From positions 11,413 to 75,412 of the forward strand of contig NW_021833422.1 of the NCBI RefSeq assembly GCF_006345805.1: DNA of 64,000 bases, read 5' to 3'. Below are positions 12,880 to 26,485 of the stretch, piece by piece; positions within the stretch are counted from its first letter, which is position 1; each line of letters starts with the position of its first letter. The position numbers and the translations under genes are program-made. This DNA comes from Octopus sinensis (lineage: Eukaryota). Below the pieces are notes generated by a model that was given only the letters and a program-made list of their open reading frames with translations, was not told the origin of the DNA and ran no database searches.

Positions 12880-13290
12880 AGGCGCAGGAGTGGCTGTGTG
12901 GTAAGTAGCTTGCTTACCAACCACATGGTTCCGGGTTCAATCCCACTGCGTGGCATCTTGGACAAGTGTCTTCTGCTATAGCCCCGGGCCGACCAATGCC
13001 TTGTGAGTGGATTTGGTAGACGGAAACTGAAAGAAGCCTGTCGTATATATGTATAATATATATATATATGTGTGTGTATGTTGTGTGTCTGTGTTTGTCC
13101 CCCTAGCATTGCCTGACACCGATGCTGGTGTGTTTACGTCCCCGTCACTTAGCGGTTCGGCAAAAGAGACCGATAGAATAAGTACTGGGCTTACAAGAAT
13201 AAGTCCCGGGGTCGATTTGCTCGACTAAAGGCGGTGCTCCAGCATGGCCGCAGTCAAATGACTGAAACAAGTAAGAGTAAGGGTAAAGAG
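12880..13290 (+). mobile_element. SINE family A, full length
   Basis: Matches the A consensus end to end. Confidence 0.92.
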
Positions 13291-13294
13291 TGTG

Positions 13295-13337
<43 letters not shown>

Positions 13338-13920
13338 ATATACATACAGGACGGGTTTCAATGGAGTTTCTGACTACGAAATTTATTCGTAAGTCAGTTG
13401 GTCAGTGTGAGACTACAATAGAAAACTTGTTGCCCAAGGTGTCACACAGCTGGGACTGAACCAGGAAACACGTGGTGGCAAAACGTGGTGCATATAACCA
13501 TGCCACAATATCTAAACCTATAACAGAGAAATTCTTCTGAACCTTTCGCTAATAACGACTATCGCGGGAAAAGAGTTAACCCGCACGCACCGTGGCATCT
13601 CTGCGTTAACATAAAAAAAAAAAATCAAATCTCTGCCCAGGGGAAGTCAGTCGGGAAGGTTGTCAACTTTACAGGCCTTCACATACGATCAGATTTCACA
13701 TATGTTGATGAAAAAATATGCTTGTAGCTGCAGGATCACTGGCACGGAGAGAGGGGTCGGGGTGAAAATAGCGATGCATGGCTAGTGTATAAAGTGATGT
13801 AAATGTATAACATAAATACTTATACATATGTATATATACATGAATTGGTAATTATATACAGACATGTAATTTTTACTGATACACCGATACATAGACACCC
13901 CACCACCATATATATATACA

Positions 13921-13966
<46 letters not shown>

Positions 13967-14137
13967 CTTTAGGTACACACCCATAAAAAGCATCTACATA
14001 AACATATTTCAATACATACATTATACATAAAAAGATATGCCTACACATGCAGATAGGTATATGCGTGTAAGCACACGCATATACATACATACGCACACAT
14101 ACATACGTAGATATACATACACACGTATATATCTATG

Positions 14138-14169
<32 letters not shown>

Positions 14170-15036
14170 GATATGCATGTATGTGTATATGTGTGTATGT
14201 GTATATGCATGTATGTGTATATGTGTATATGTGTGTGCATATATGTGTGTATGCACACACGTTATATGCATATGTTTGTATATACATGTATGTGTGCGTA
14301 TATGTTTGTATTTTCGTGTGTGTCTTTCTGTGTATGTGCGTATATATATATAGTGTGTATATATACATATAGTGTATGTATGTATGTATTGGTGCATAAA
14401 TATTCGAGTGCATTTATGTATGAACGCATGTATATATAATCTACTTGTATCTCTATGAATTCATTGACATATATATATGCGTATACACATATATATTTAC
14501 ACACACACACAAATATATATACATACATATATATATGCACGTTAGCGTGTTTATGCGTGCGCATGTGTATAGACGTAGATATGGGCGTTGACAAAATAAA
14601 ATATTCATTTGTGCGTATGAGACGATGCCGTCGGCGGCGGTGGCGGCAGAAGGTGTCAGATAAACTTTACAACGTACCTAATTTTTCCTTACCAAATCAA
14701 CTTATGAGTTTTTAATGACTTCCAAAAGAATCTTCAACTCCCCGAGTTCCGATGCCGTCTTAAACGCTTCTTGTTTATTTTTCATTCTGTTTGTTTCTTT
14801 GGGAATTTCTTTTCGCCATTATCGCGGCGGCCCCACCTCGCTAACGGTCAGTGAGATTGAACTCCGTGCGTATATTTCACAAGACCTCTAGATTTCTGTT
14901 TCCTCGCCTCTCCTTAGAGAATTCGAGAGAAAATGATTAGAGTGGATTGGAATGAATTTTACTCGATGTTTTATGAAATTCTTGCTGGCAGAATCATTAG
15001 AACGATGGAAAATACCGAGTAATAAATAAATTTGGT

Positions 15037-15468
15037 AAGGCAACGAGCCGGCAGAATCGTTAGGATGCCGGGAAAAATACTTAGCGGCATTCCATCAGTC
15101 TTGACGTTCTGCGTTCAAATTCCGCCGAAGTCTACTTTGGCTTTCATACTTTCGGGGTTCGATAAAATAAGTACCATTTGAATACTAAGTTTAATGTAAT
15201 CGCTCCGGCAGGGGATGGTGGTGATCCCTGCTGTACTCTTTCACCACAACTTTCTCTCACTCTTACTTCCTGTTTCTGTTGTACTTGTATTTCAAAGAGC
15301 CGGCCTTGTCACTCTCTGCGTCACGCTGAATATCCCCGAGAACTACGTTAAGGGTACACGTATCTGTGGAGTGCTCAGCCACTTACACGTCAATTTCACG
15401 AGCAGGCTGTTCCGTTGATTCGGATCAACCGGAACCCTCGTCGTCGTAACCGACGGAGTGCTTCCTTC
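15037..15468 (+). mobile_element. SINE B fragment followed by a 5'-truncated SINE C (long-tail subfamily)
   Basis: 15203-15468 is near-identical to rc of 37818-38080. Confidence 0.8.
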
Positions 15469-15892
15469 CTCCTAATGTAATCGACTCATCTATCCCTCGA
15501 AATTACTGGTCATATGCGAAAATATGAAACCCGAGGTCGACTTTGTTTTTTGTCCTGTTGGGTTTGATAAATGAAGTACTGGTTATGCAATGGGGTCGAT
15601 GTAATCGACTTCCTTCTTCCTCAAAATGCTGGTCTTGTGCCAACATTCGAAACCAATATATTTGTTCTGGCTCAAAGAATCGTTAACAAGCCGGACAAAA
15701 TGCTTAGCGGCGTCTTTTCCAGTTTTTATGTTGTAAGTTCAAATTCTGACGAAGTCGATTTTACTTTTTCATTCTTTTGGAGATCGATAAAACGAGATTA
15801 CATCAACCTCAGTTGGGCATTGGGGTAAATGTAATACTTAACTTTGCTTATTAATGTTGTGCTCTCTATAGTAGGTACGTATCATGTTCCCA

Positions 15893-15927
<35 letters not shown>

Positions 15928-15944
15928 ACACACACACACACACA

Positions 15945-15977
<33 letters not shown>

Positions 15978-16035
15978 TTCTCTCTCTGACATGAAGACTA
16001 CAGTACTAATCAAGACACATTTGTCTGGTCTCTTT

Positions 16036-16420
16036 AGACGCAGGAGTGGATGTGTGGTAAGTAGCTTGCTTACCAACCACATGGTTCCGGGTTCAGTCCC
16101 ACTGCGTGACACCTTGAGCAAGTGTCTTCTACTGTAGCCTCGGGCCGACCAAAACCTTGTGAGTGGATTTGGTAGACAGAAACTGAAAGAAGCCCGTTGT
16201 GTATATGTATATGTTTGTATGTCTGTGTTTGTCCCCTCAACATCACTTGACAACCGATGCTGGTTTGTTTACATCCCCATAACTTAGCGGTTCGGCATAA
16301 GAGACCGATAGAATAAGTACTAGGCTTGCAAAGAATAAGTCCTGGGGTCGATTTGCTCGACTAAAGGCGGTGCTCCAGCATGGTTGGAGTCAAATGGCTG
16401 AAACAAGTAAAAGAGTAAAA
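16036..16420 (+). mobile_element. SINE family A, full length
   Basis: Matches the A consensus. Confidence 0.92.
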
Positions 16421-16706
16421 TAGGAACTTGCTAAAAAAATAATATTGTGTTTCACCCAAGTATTTATGAAAGACTTTTTTTCACCTGAGGACGTAGCTTA
16501 AATTCTGCATTATTTTGAAGGATGCTTTTGCATTAATGCAGACATCTAATTTATTTATTATTAAATACAATATAAATTATTTGCATGCTTTCAAGTTACG
16601 AAACAATTTGTCGTGATATTAAAATTTTCTTATTGTTAAATAAAACTTCAAACTATTTCTTTGTCATAATAAGGTTTTATAGTTCGCTTGAAGCATTGTA
16701 TTTGGG

Positions 16707-16953
16707 TATAACGTTGAAAGATTTAAAAGACCAAACAATGCAAATAGATTTTAAAATAAGGTAACGTAAACTAAAAGTAAGTTACCTGGTAATCTTTGGT
16801 CGTATATGTATTTCGGTACATACAAGTCCCTTCTTCAAGGTTAAAAAGAATCTGTCTGTATGTCCCGAAATATCGAATACAAATACGACCAAAGATTACC
16901 TCATCTTAAAATCTTTTTGCATTGTTTGGCCTTTTAAATCTTTCAACGTTATA
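16707..16953. repeat. Fold-back element with a degenerate hammerhead-like motif at its centre
   Basis: Arms tataacgttgaaagatttaaaa.../...ttttaaatctttcaacgttata; centre rc cttgaagaagggacttgtatgtaccgaaat. Confidence 0.8.
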
Positions 16954-17038
16954 TTTCTTTGCCATTTATGAATTTATATATATTAATATATATACATTCA
17001 TTGACATAAGAATTTATAGACACAGGGGAAAGTAAAAT

Positions 17039-17238
17039 AATTCTATTTTTGAAAGATGGATCTCGAAGCAAATAATGCTATAAAAATAGCGTGTGAATAT
17101 TGGGCTAAAAATTACTTTGGATAAAAAATCGAAGGCTGCCCAACTTCTTTTTATTCGAAGGATTTTTAAAATCAACATTTACAGCTATCATTCATAGCTT
17201 TATTTGCTTCCAGATCTATCGTTCCAAAAAACGAATTA
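17039..17238. mobile_element. Short MITE of the same TIR family as 11949-12773
   Basis: atctcgaagcaaataatgctata / atagctttatttgcttccagat. Confidence 0.7.
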
Positions 17239-17859
17239 TATATGTATACCACATATTTTTCTGCGGGTCTTTCATAAATTGTGACACGATGTTCAGTGTA
17301 TACAAGTTCCAAATATATGATGCTTAGTCCAGCTTTGAGTAACTAGATGTAAATGCAAGTTCGAAAAATGTGACGTCATATAAGAAGTAAGATTCACCAA
17401 ACAAATGAGAAGAAAGTCAGGAGTAAAGCAGTAAATGCAAGGGAAAATGTACAAAACGTACAAAGAGAATCAAAGTCAAATTAACTAAAGGAATCGAGAA
17501 ATTTGCGGCAACAGAAGCATGAAACCAATTATGGAAAGAATACTAAAAAAAATATAGGATTTGAAACTAACGGAAAGAAGCAAACATCACTCCTTTCGTA
17601 GCAGTTTTCAATTCTGATAAAAAAAGCTGTCAAATGGCGACACATCATATCCAGTCGTGTGCAGAAGTAATAAAAAAACGGACTGAAATTCAATAATTCA
17701 TCCTAAATCATGTTCAAATACAACAAAAGCAATTTTCTTACAAACCATTTAAAGAGAACGATAATGGAAGAAGGAGCCGAAATTAAATGAGAAAGCAGGT
17801 AATATACTAAATTTACTAACACTAAACTAAGAAATCAAGGAAGACGGTACAATAATAAT

Positions 17860-18270
17860 ATTTACATTATTTACATTTGACGGATATTTGTCCTCATCTT
17901 GCTTGTTGTTAACACAACATTTCGGCTGATATACCCTCCTGCCTTCATCAGGTGTCTTGGGGAAATTTCCAACCTGGGTTCTCCTAAGGTATTTTTCGAT
18001 GTTACTATTGGGCATATGGTGTAATGGTTAAGAGCGCAGGCTACTAACCCCAAGATTCCGAGTTCGATTCCAGGCAGGGACCTGAATAATGATAATAATA
18101 ATATCGAAAAATACCTTAGGAATGAGAACCCAGGTTTGAAATTTCCCCAAGACACCTGATGAAGGCTGGAGGGTATATCAGCCGAAATATGTTAACAAAC
18201 AAGTTGAGGACAAATATCCGTCAAATGTAAATAATGTACATAATTCCTCATCTCTTAAATATAGAACTGT
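17860..18270 (+). mobile_element. SINE family D with an inverted upstream copy of its hammerhead-bearing body
   Basis: 17860-18003 is rc of the body; 18011-18270 is head + body; hammerhead motifs at 17911-17956 (-) and 18151-18193 (+). Confidence 0.88.
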
Positions 18271-18893
18271 ATCAATAATAATATTATTTCACTTATCAAC
18301 AATAAGGAGTCCTCTTTCTATAAAAAAAATCTAGAATACAAGGTACAAATGGTTTACAAAGCAAGATTTTTAAGGGAAGAGAACTTCCTAATAAAATAAA
18401 GATAGCCCTAATGATAACTAACTGACGAGAAAAGGATCAATTTATGTAAAGAAATCTTACGAAAATTAAAAAAAAATGAAATATTTATAGAACATGGACT
18501 TGAACCTTACAATAACTCCAAAATCTGACAGAATAAGTCCTATTAAAGTTACTGAAGAATTTTGTAGAAAACTTCGTTCTACAAGAATTTTTTCAGAAAA
18601 ATTACGAAGGTCCATCACCTACGAAAAAAAAAGCAAAACAAAAAGAACGGGATTTAAATCTCTAATGAACAAGAGTAAGCGCTTAGATCTGGGGTTCTCA
18701 ACTGGGGTACATATGATCCTTGGAGGTATGTATGACCTTTGGAGGGGTCTATATGACACTTGGGAGTCCATCTAATAAAATGGCGGAATGCCACAGTTTT
18801 AATGCTCGGCGTACGTTTAAGTCCGTTATTACTACATATTTAGAGGTACTATGAAAAATATATTTTAAAAGATATACATTATATATATATATA

Positions 18894-19290
18894 TCTTTAT
18901 AAATAAAAGTGAAGTTGTGTGTCTGTCTCCTACGATTTAGATTCCTAACTACTCCCACATTTTGCGGTGCAGTTTAACCAAAACCGGGTATCTTATAGTC
19001 GTGATTCATATCGAGCCCTTCTGGGTATTAGCGCACGTCTACGATGAGTCTACGATTTTAAAAATAATTTACCATCATTTTTTTCCATTTTAATGCATTT
19101 TTTCGCTATGATATAAGGGAAGTAACTCTCTAAAAATGTCTACGATGAGTCAACGATTTAAAAAAAAAATTACCATCATTTTTTTCCATTTTTAATGCAT
19201 TTTTTTGCTATTTTTTGGCTATAACTCTCTAAAAATGCTTATATAGTTATTTCCCTTACAAACCCGAGCAACGCCGGGCGATACTGCTAG
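18894..19290 (+). mobile_element. Non-autonomous Helitron
   Basis: A|TC start, 3' hairpin cccgagcaacgccggg, CTAG|T end, internal ~100-bp tandem duplication. Confidence 0.85.
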
Positions 19291-19856
19291 TATATATATA
19301 AATAAGCTTTCACTTCTGCCGAGGGGAATAAAACTTAGACGATATTGTGAGTTAATTTCCCTCCAGCGTCTTAGTTATTGAAAATGGAGAATTTGAAAAC
19401 GAAACTTAAATGCTATAGACACACCGGCGGAACAATATATATACGCGAAGTTAGCACGTGAGCGAGTCAAGAGGGAATAACTGACACCAACTGTTTCTGT
19501 ACTATTCACCTTTAACGAAACGGCCAAGATTTATGCAGGTAATGTTTGTCACTGAAAAGTTCTGAGCCCGAGACATTTCATATCTATCCATCCATCCATG
19601 TCCGTTTGTCTGTCTATCAACATATATAACCCTCTTTTCTATATAACCCTCTTTTCTTTCTCTTTCATCAGGCGAAATTGCGAGGATGATTGCGGTTCTT
19701 GACTGAGGATAGAAAGATTCGAATGACCCGTCCTTGTTTTTTTTTTTCGTATCGTCTATCTGGATGTTTTGTTGTCCCTTTTTGTATCACCTAGATGTCC
19801 GGATGTTTTGCGTTCCTTGTCCCATTTTGTATTATGTGTGTATGTATATTATATAT

Positions 19857-19890
<34 letters not shown>

Positions 19891-20896
19891 GTGTGTGTGT
19901 GTTTGACATATTTGTGTGTGTGTGTTTTTGAACATATGTGGTGTGTGTTGTGTGTGTGTTTGAACATATGTGTGTGTGTGTGTGTTTGAACATATGTGTG
20001 TGTACACACTCACATATAATAGAGAGGTGCTTGTATGTGTATATATATCGTATATGTTAAATATTAAGTAAATATTAGAGACACATGTATGAATATAGAG
20101 ATATGTGAGAATGTATAGTATGTAAATATGTATACGTATATGAAAATAATTCTATGTGTGTACGTATCGCGTGTTTGTGTGTCTATGTATGTGTGAATAT
20201 CTGACTGTATGTGAGTGTGCTACATACACAGAGAGAAAACGTAAACGATATGGATAAAATGCGATATACATCTATATATAAATATATATGAGAGAGAGAG
20301 AGAGAAGTAGAAGACGACGACGAAGCGTAGAAGAGAGAGAGAGAGAGAGAGTATGAGCGTAAATTAGAAAAAGATTTTGAAAGGAGAGCTGGCAATGGGT
20401 TATGTGGAGGTTAACCTAGGACAGCTGAAAAATTAGGGTTTTTTTCTTGTAATATACTCTGGTTACGTGGTCGAGCGTCGGGGGGAGCATCATGGAAAAA
20501 TAATTAGCAACGACTAAAGGTGTATACATCTATTGATATAAGTATATGTATATGTTTATATATATTATATACACGCATATATATATATGCGCACACGCAC
20601 ATATATATAAATTCACACACATACATGTATGTATGTATATAATGAGTATGAGAGTGGTGTATATGTAATGAGATATTTCGTGTTCAGACATACGTAACAT
20701 AAACAGGCAATTGTAGAGTGGGCGGGCACACCGGCACTTAGAAACTCAAATAAAATAACAGATGACCCAAAATACGTATATTTGCACAGAGGTACATGCA
20801 TGGGTATACATACAGACGACGCATATACATACATTTACGCAGATATACACACACAAACACATTCATATGTGAATCTACATACACCTATTCTTTTAT

Positions 20897-20964
<68 letters not shown>

Positions 20965-21135
20965 ATATATATGTAGTGTGTACACACACGCATACATAAT
21001 GTCTATACAACCCACACACATATACATATATCTTGTGTATATATACATACCTATATATATGTGTGTAAATATACATACATATAATATATATGTTGTGTAT
21101 ATATACATACATAATATATATGTGTGTGTATATAT

Positions 21136-21166
<31 letters not shown>

Positions 21167-21355
21167 GTGTATATATACATACATATATATATATATGTGT
21201 ATATATACATACATATATATATGTGTGTATATATATATACATATATACGTGTATATATATATATGTGTATATATATATACATATATATATGTGTATATAT
21301 ACATACATATATATATATATGTGTGTGTGTGTATATATGTATACATATATACATA

Positions 21356-21735
21356 AGCGTAGGAGTGGCTGTGTGGTAAGTAGCTTGCTTACCAACCACA
21401 TTGTTCCGGGTTCAGTCCCACTACGTGGCACCATGGACAAGTGTCTTCTACTATAGCCTCGGGTCGACCAAAGCCTTGAGTGGATTTGATAGGTGGAAAC
21501 TGAAAGAAGCCCGTCGTATATATATATATATACATATATATGTGTGTGTGTGTGTGTATGTGTGTGTGTATGTCTGTGTGTTTACGTCCCTGTAACTTAG
21601 TGGTTCGGCAAAAGACACCAATAGAATAAGTACTAGGCTTACAAAGAATAAGTCCTGTGGTCGATTTGCTCGATTAAAGGCGGTGCTCCAGCATGGCTGC
21701 AGTCAAACGACTGAAACAAGAAAAAGAGTAAAGAG
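21356..21735 (+). mobile_element. SINE family A
   Basis: Matches the A consensus. Confidence 0.9.
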
Positions 21736-22070
21736 TATATGCACACACAAATATATTTCTTTACTTAAATATATTTCTGTAATAAAATTATTTTTTGCTT
21801 CAATCATATTTATAAATAAATCTTATCGATATTTATTTGCTTGCAGCTTGATAAATCGACATTAAGGGTTACCAAATGAGTTGTATGGAGATGTAAAGCT
21901 TTATTTTGTAGAGATTAATTGTATTTACTGGCGTTGTTATGAACACACCTATGGTATGTTACAGGTGACCTATGGTATGTTACAGGTGACCAATGAAGTT
22001 GTATTATATTTAATGTCCAAATGAGAGAGAGATAAGTGGCTTATAATATTCTCTATATTATATATTACAT

Positions 22071-22365
22071 GGAGGCATATGGCCTTGTGGTTAGAGCAGC
22101 GGATTCGCGGTCGAGGGATCGCAGGTTCGAATATCAGACCGGGCAATGTGTGTGTTTATGAGCGAAACACCTAAGCTCCACGCGACTCCGGTAGAAGATA
22201 ATGGCGAAATTCTGCTGACTCTTTCGCCACAACTTTCTCTCACTCTTTCTTCCTGCATCTTGCAGCTCACCTGCGACGGACCGGCGTCCCGTCCAGGTGG
22301 GGAACCTATACGCCAAGGAAACCGGGAAACCAGCTCTAATGAGCTAGGCGTGGTTCGAGAAGGAA
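22071..22365 (+). mobile_element. SINE family C
   Basis: tRNA head ggaggcatatggccttgtggttagagcagcgg...ggttcgaat. Confidence 0.88.
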
Positions 22366-22699
22366 CAAGTAATATATATTACAGTAAATAATGTAAGAGA
22401 TGGTGGAGAATATTCTAGAATATATACAATGATGTATTTTTCGCCATTCAAATCGAATTTTTAAGAATAAAATTTAGAGCTAGGCCGTCCTTCACATCCA
22501 AACGACTCTAGGGGTTCCAAAAATTCTGTGTGAAATGCTATAGGTTTCGGAAAGATAGCGAAGCTGTCTGAACGCTTATGCTACATGTTTGCACTACGTA
22601 CTACGTCGACTTGTATGCTGGACAATTTGTTACGTACAGTATATAGTGGATATAGGGGGGGTTCATAAATTATCGTTATAAAACTTCCACAATATATTG

Positions 22700-22900
22700 A
22701 TTTCAAATTTTAGCTCAAGGCCGGAAATTTCGGTGGAGAGGATAAGCCGATCACATCGATCCCCAGTGCTCAACTGCTGTTTATTTTATGGATCCCGAAA
22801 GATGAAATGCAAAGTCGACCTCAGCAAAATTTGAACTCAGAACGTAAAGACCTATGAAATGCCGCTAAGCATTTTTGCCCGACGGGCTAAAGACTCTGCC
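22700..22900 (-). mobile_element. SINE family B, diverged
   Basis: gcaaagtcgacctcagcaaaatttgaactcagaacgtaaag. Confidence 0.7.
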
Positions 22901-23164
22901 GGATATTGTGTCTATTACAGTTGAGTGCAGTCGATGAACTTCTTTGCTACCAAACGGAGCCCACTGGTTGTCTTCTGTTGTTTTTAATAAAACCGTATTT
23001 GTTGGCCTCCGTTAGTCCATTAAACCTCAGCTGAGTTAATTTTCACTATCTGAAGTTTTCGAATTGCAAAGGTGACTTACAGACGCATTATATATATATA
23101 TTACACACACGCACGCTCACATACACTTACGCTCACACACACACACTCACACACAAATACACAT

Positions 23165-23212
<48 letters not shown>

Positions 23213-23250
23213 TTAAAAAAGGAGATGTGGAACACGAGTTGTGACATAAA

Positions 23251-23549
23251 AAAAGGAAATGAAGAAAATGCTGACGAAATAATTTAAGTAAGGGAGAGTG
23301 TATCTAATTAGGTGAAAGTTCTTTTTACCGGTTGCGCATTTGTTATGCTTATCAAAAAGATATATTTTTAAGAGAGATAGAGTTCCTTTCTGAATAGATT
23401 TAAAAAAATCTTTCAGAAAGGAACTATCTCTCATAAAATATATCTTTTGATAAGCATAACAATGCGCAACCGGTAAAAAGAACTTTCACCTAATTAGATA
23501 CATCTCCCTGACTTAAATTATTTTGTCAGCATTTTCTTCATTTCCTTTT
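23251..23549. repeat. ~300-bp near-perfect palindrome
   Basis: Arms of ~148 bp mirrored around 23404. Confidence 0.92.
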
Positions 23550-23791
23550 ATATAAATATATATTATATATATATATATATATTATATATATATATATATT
23601 ATATATATATTATATATATATATATATCTATTAGTGACAGTGAGGCGGTGTAGTCGCTGTTTATCAGGCAGGACCTTCTGCAACCCGTCTCGTGTCAGAG
23701 CTACAGTCCTGGTTCAAGCGCAGATTGAGAAAGGGTGCTTCGCAACTGGCGTGCTGGAAACGCCCTCTGCCAATCGGAAAAATGCGATCCG

Positions 23792-23830
<39 letters not shown>

Positions 23831-23881
23831 ATATATATATATGTGTGTGGTGTGTGTGTATATATATATGTTGTGTGTGTG

Positions 23882-23914
<33 letters not shown>

Positions 23915-24028
23915 AGATTATATATGTGTGTGTGTGTATATATAGTGTGTGTGTGTGTATATATATGTGTTGTGTGTATGTGTATATATATATGTGTGTG
24001 TGTATGTGTATATATATATATATGTGTA

Positions 24029-24067
<39 letters not shown>

Positions 24068-24803
24068 GTGTATATATAGATATGTGTGTGTGTGTGTATA
24101 CGTGTGTATATGGGGGCGTGTGGCTTTGTAGTTAGGGTGTTAAACTCGTGATCGTAAGACTCTGGTTTCGATTCCTAGACCGAGGGACGCGTTTGTGTTC
24201 TTGAGCAAGATATTTCATTTCACGTTGCTCCAGTCCACTCAGCTGACAAAAAGGAGTAATTCTCTAACGGGTTGGCATCCTGTGTGTAATCCTATGAGTC
24301 GGCGTGACTCGAGAAGGATCTCTCTCTCTCTCACACACTTTCTATCTCTTTCTATATATACACACACACATTGACAGGCGACGTTACGTTAAGTAAATGT
24401 TTGAGGTTTACGTTTGTGTCTATGGTATTAGGAACTATACACACATAAGAGCCGTCATAATATATACAGCAAATATTTATCTATAATGTCAGTGTAGACA
24501 CTCGCAACAGTGGACTTTACACACACATAAAAATACATATGCATTCCTACACACACACGTGTGTGTATTTATACATATGTATATACAATATATATACATA
24601 TATATAATTGTAAGATTATATATATAAGTTATATATAATAGATAAAAATTATATATATAATCTTATACATAGATGTAGATATATCTATGTATAGATTATA
24701 TTGCAAGTTTATATATATATATCTACATCTATATATATTATATACATATATATTATATATATATTATATATCCATATAGTATATATATATATCCATTATA
24801 AGT

Positions 24804-24836
<33 letters not shown>

Positions 24837-25592
24837 TACATGTATAAGTTATATATATAAATAGTTTGGTAGATACATGCATACATACATACAAATATAT
24901 ATGCATATACATACATATATTTATATGTATATAGACTATATAGACGTATACACATACATGCGTATGGGTGTGTATATTGTGTGTGTATGTGTGTATCTAG
25001 ACATACAGGGAAGCGGCGTTGATGTGGAACTGGCGAAGTACATAACCAGACGTGGCATCAACTCGCGCGGAAAGGCAACGTGAATGGCGAAGTCTGCTAA
25101 AAGAATCAGAAAAACGTTAACAGCTCTTCACAGTGCAGTGAGAATTTAGCGATTTTATTAAGTAAGCAATGATGGAAACAATCTGTTTAATAACACATTG
25201 TACGGCTGTTAAAAAACACAACGAACAAACTGGCCAATACTATTAAAGATGGAAGACGTCCCACAATGCCTCCGCCAGCGTTCATAATGCAATCAGCTGA
25301 CAACTATCAAATGCACATTTTTAATCGTAATGGATACATGTACATAAACGTGTGTGTGTGAGAGAGCGATTGTGTGTGTGTGTACACAAGGTATTCGGGT
25401 TTTGTTTATGCATGTAAGTGTATGTTTGTATGTGTTTGTGCATATTTGAATGCGAGTTAATCCGTGACTTGTGTGTGTGTGTATGTGTGTACATAAGGTA
25501 TTTATAGATTCTATGCATAACATATATACATATATGTATAATATATACTGCCACACAAATACGTTTCCTCATATAGTTAAGTATATAAAACC

Positions 25593-25643
<51 letters not shown>

Positions 25644-26086
25644 ATAAATGTGTGTATATGTATGTATATATGTGTATATATATATATATGTGTGTGTTTA
25701 TATGTATATATGTGTGTATTTACATATATATATATGTGTGTATATATGTGTGTATATACACATACATGTATATATATGTGTGTGTGTGTATACATATATA
25801 TGTACGTATATGCATATATGTGTATATACATATATGTATGTATATACATATATATATACATATATGTGTGTATATATTATATATAGGTAGATATATATAT
25901 TCATTTATTCATATATATATATAAATGTGTATATATATATACTTATATACATATATATACACACATTATTGCGCCTAATGTTTTTATAATTACATTATGT
26001 ATACAAGTCTACTCACACATGCATATATACATATCTACATATATACATATACTTGCGTACGCACTCATGTGAGAGGGAGAGAGCGT

Positions 26087-26127
<41 letters not shown>

Positions 26128-26245
26128 ATACACAAGAATGTCATATATAAATGCCTTAATTATTAGTTATAATGCACAAAATTCTATTTTAACTAATTCA
26201 ATAAATTTGGTATATTTTCGTCGATAAATTTGGTATATCTTCGTC

Positions 26246-26321
26246 GATTTCCAAAGTTCATTAAAGTTCTTTAAAGATGATGTACATCATCTTTAAAGAA
26301 CTTTAATGAACTTTGGAAATC
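26246..26321. repeat. 76-bp perfect palindrome
   Basis: gatttccaaagttcattaaagttctttaaagatgatgt|acatcatctttaaagaactttaatgaactttggaaatc. Confidence 0.95.
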
Positions 26322-26399
26322 TGTTTATGTTACTTAATTATCTACATTACTTCATGAGTATAGCCTCAACCACTAGGATGTCTAGAGAACTCACATGTA

Positions 26400-26485
26400 T
26401 TTTAGCTGATGAGTAGGACACGTTTATATGCTGAATTTTGCAACTTTAATAAAGCCTGTCCTTGTATGAAACGATTGTACTAAAA
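26400..26485 (+). ncRNA. Type I hammerhead ribozyme motif with extended stem II
   Basis: ttttag-CTGATGA-gtaggaca...tgtccttgtat-GAAAC-gatt-GTA-ctaaaa; stem I ttttag/ctaaaa. Confidence 0.72.

Noticed and set aside
19690-19730. ctgaggatag..ttcgaatgac hammerhead-like text
   Set aside because: GAAA and the NUH site are not intact and the stems are unconvincing
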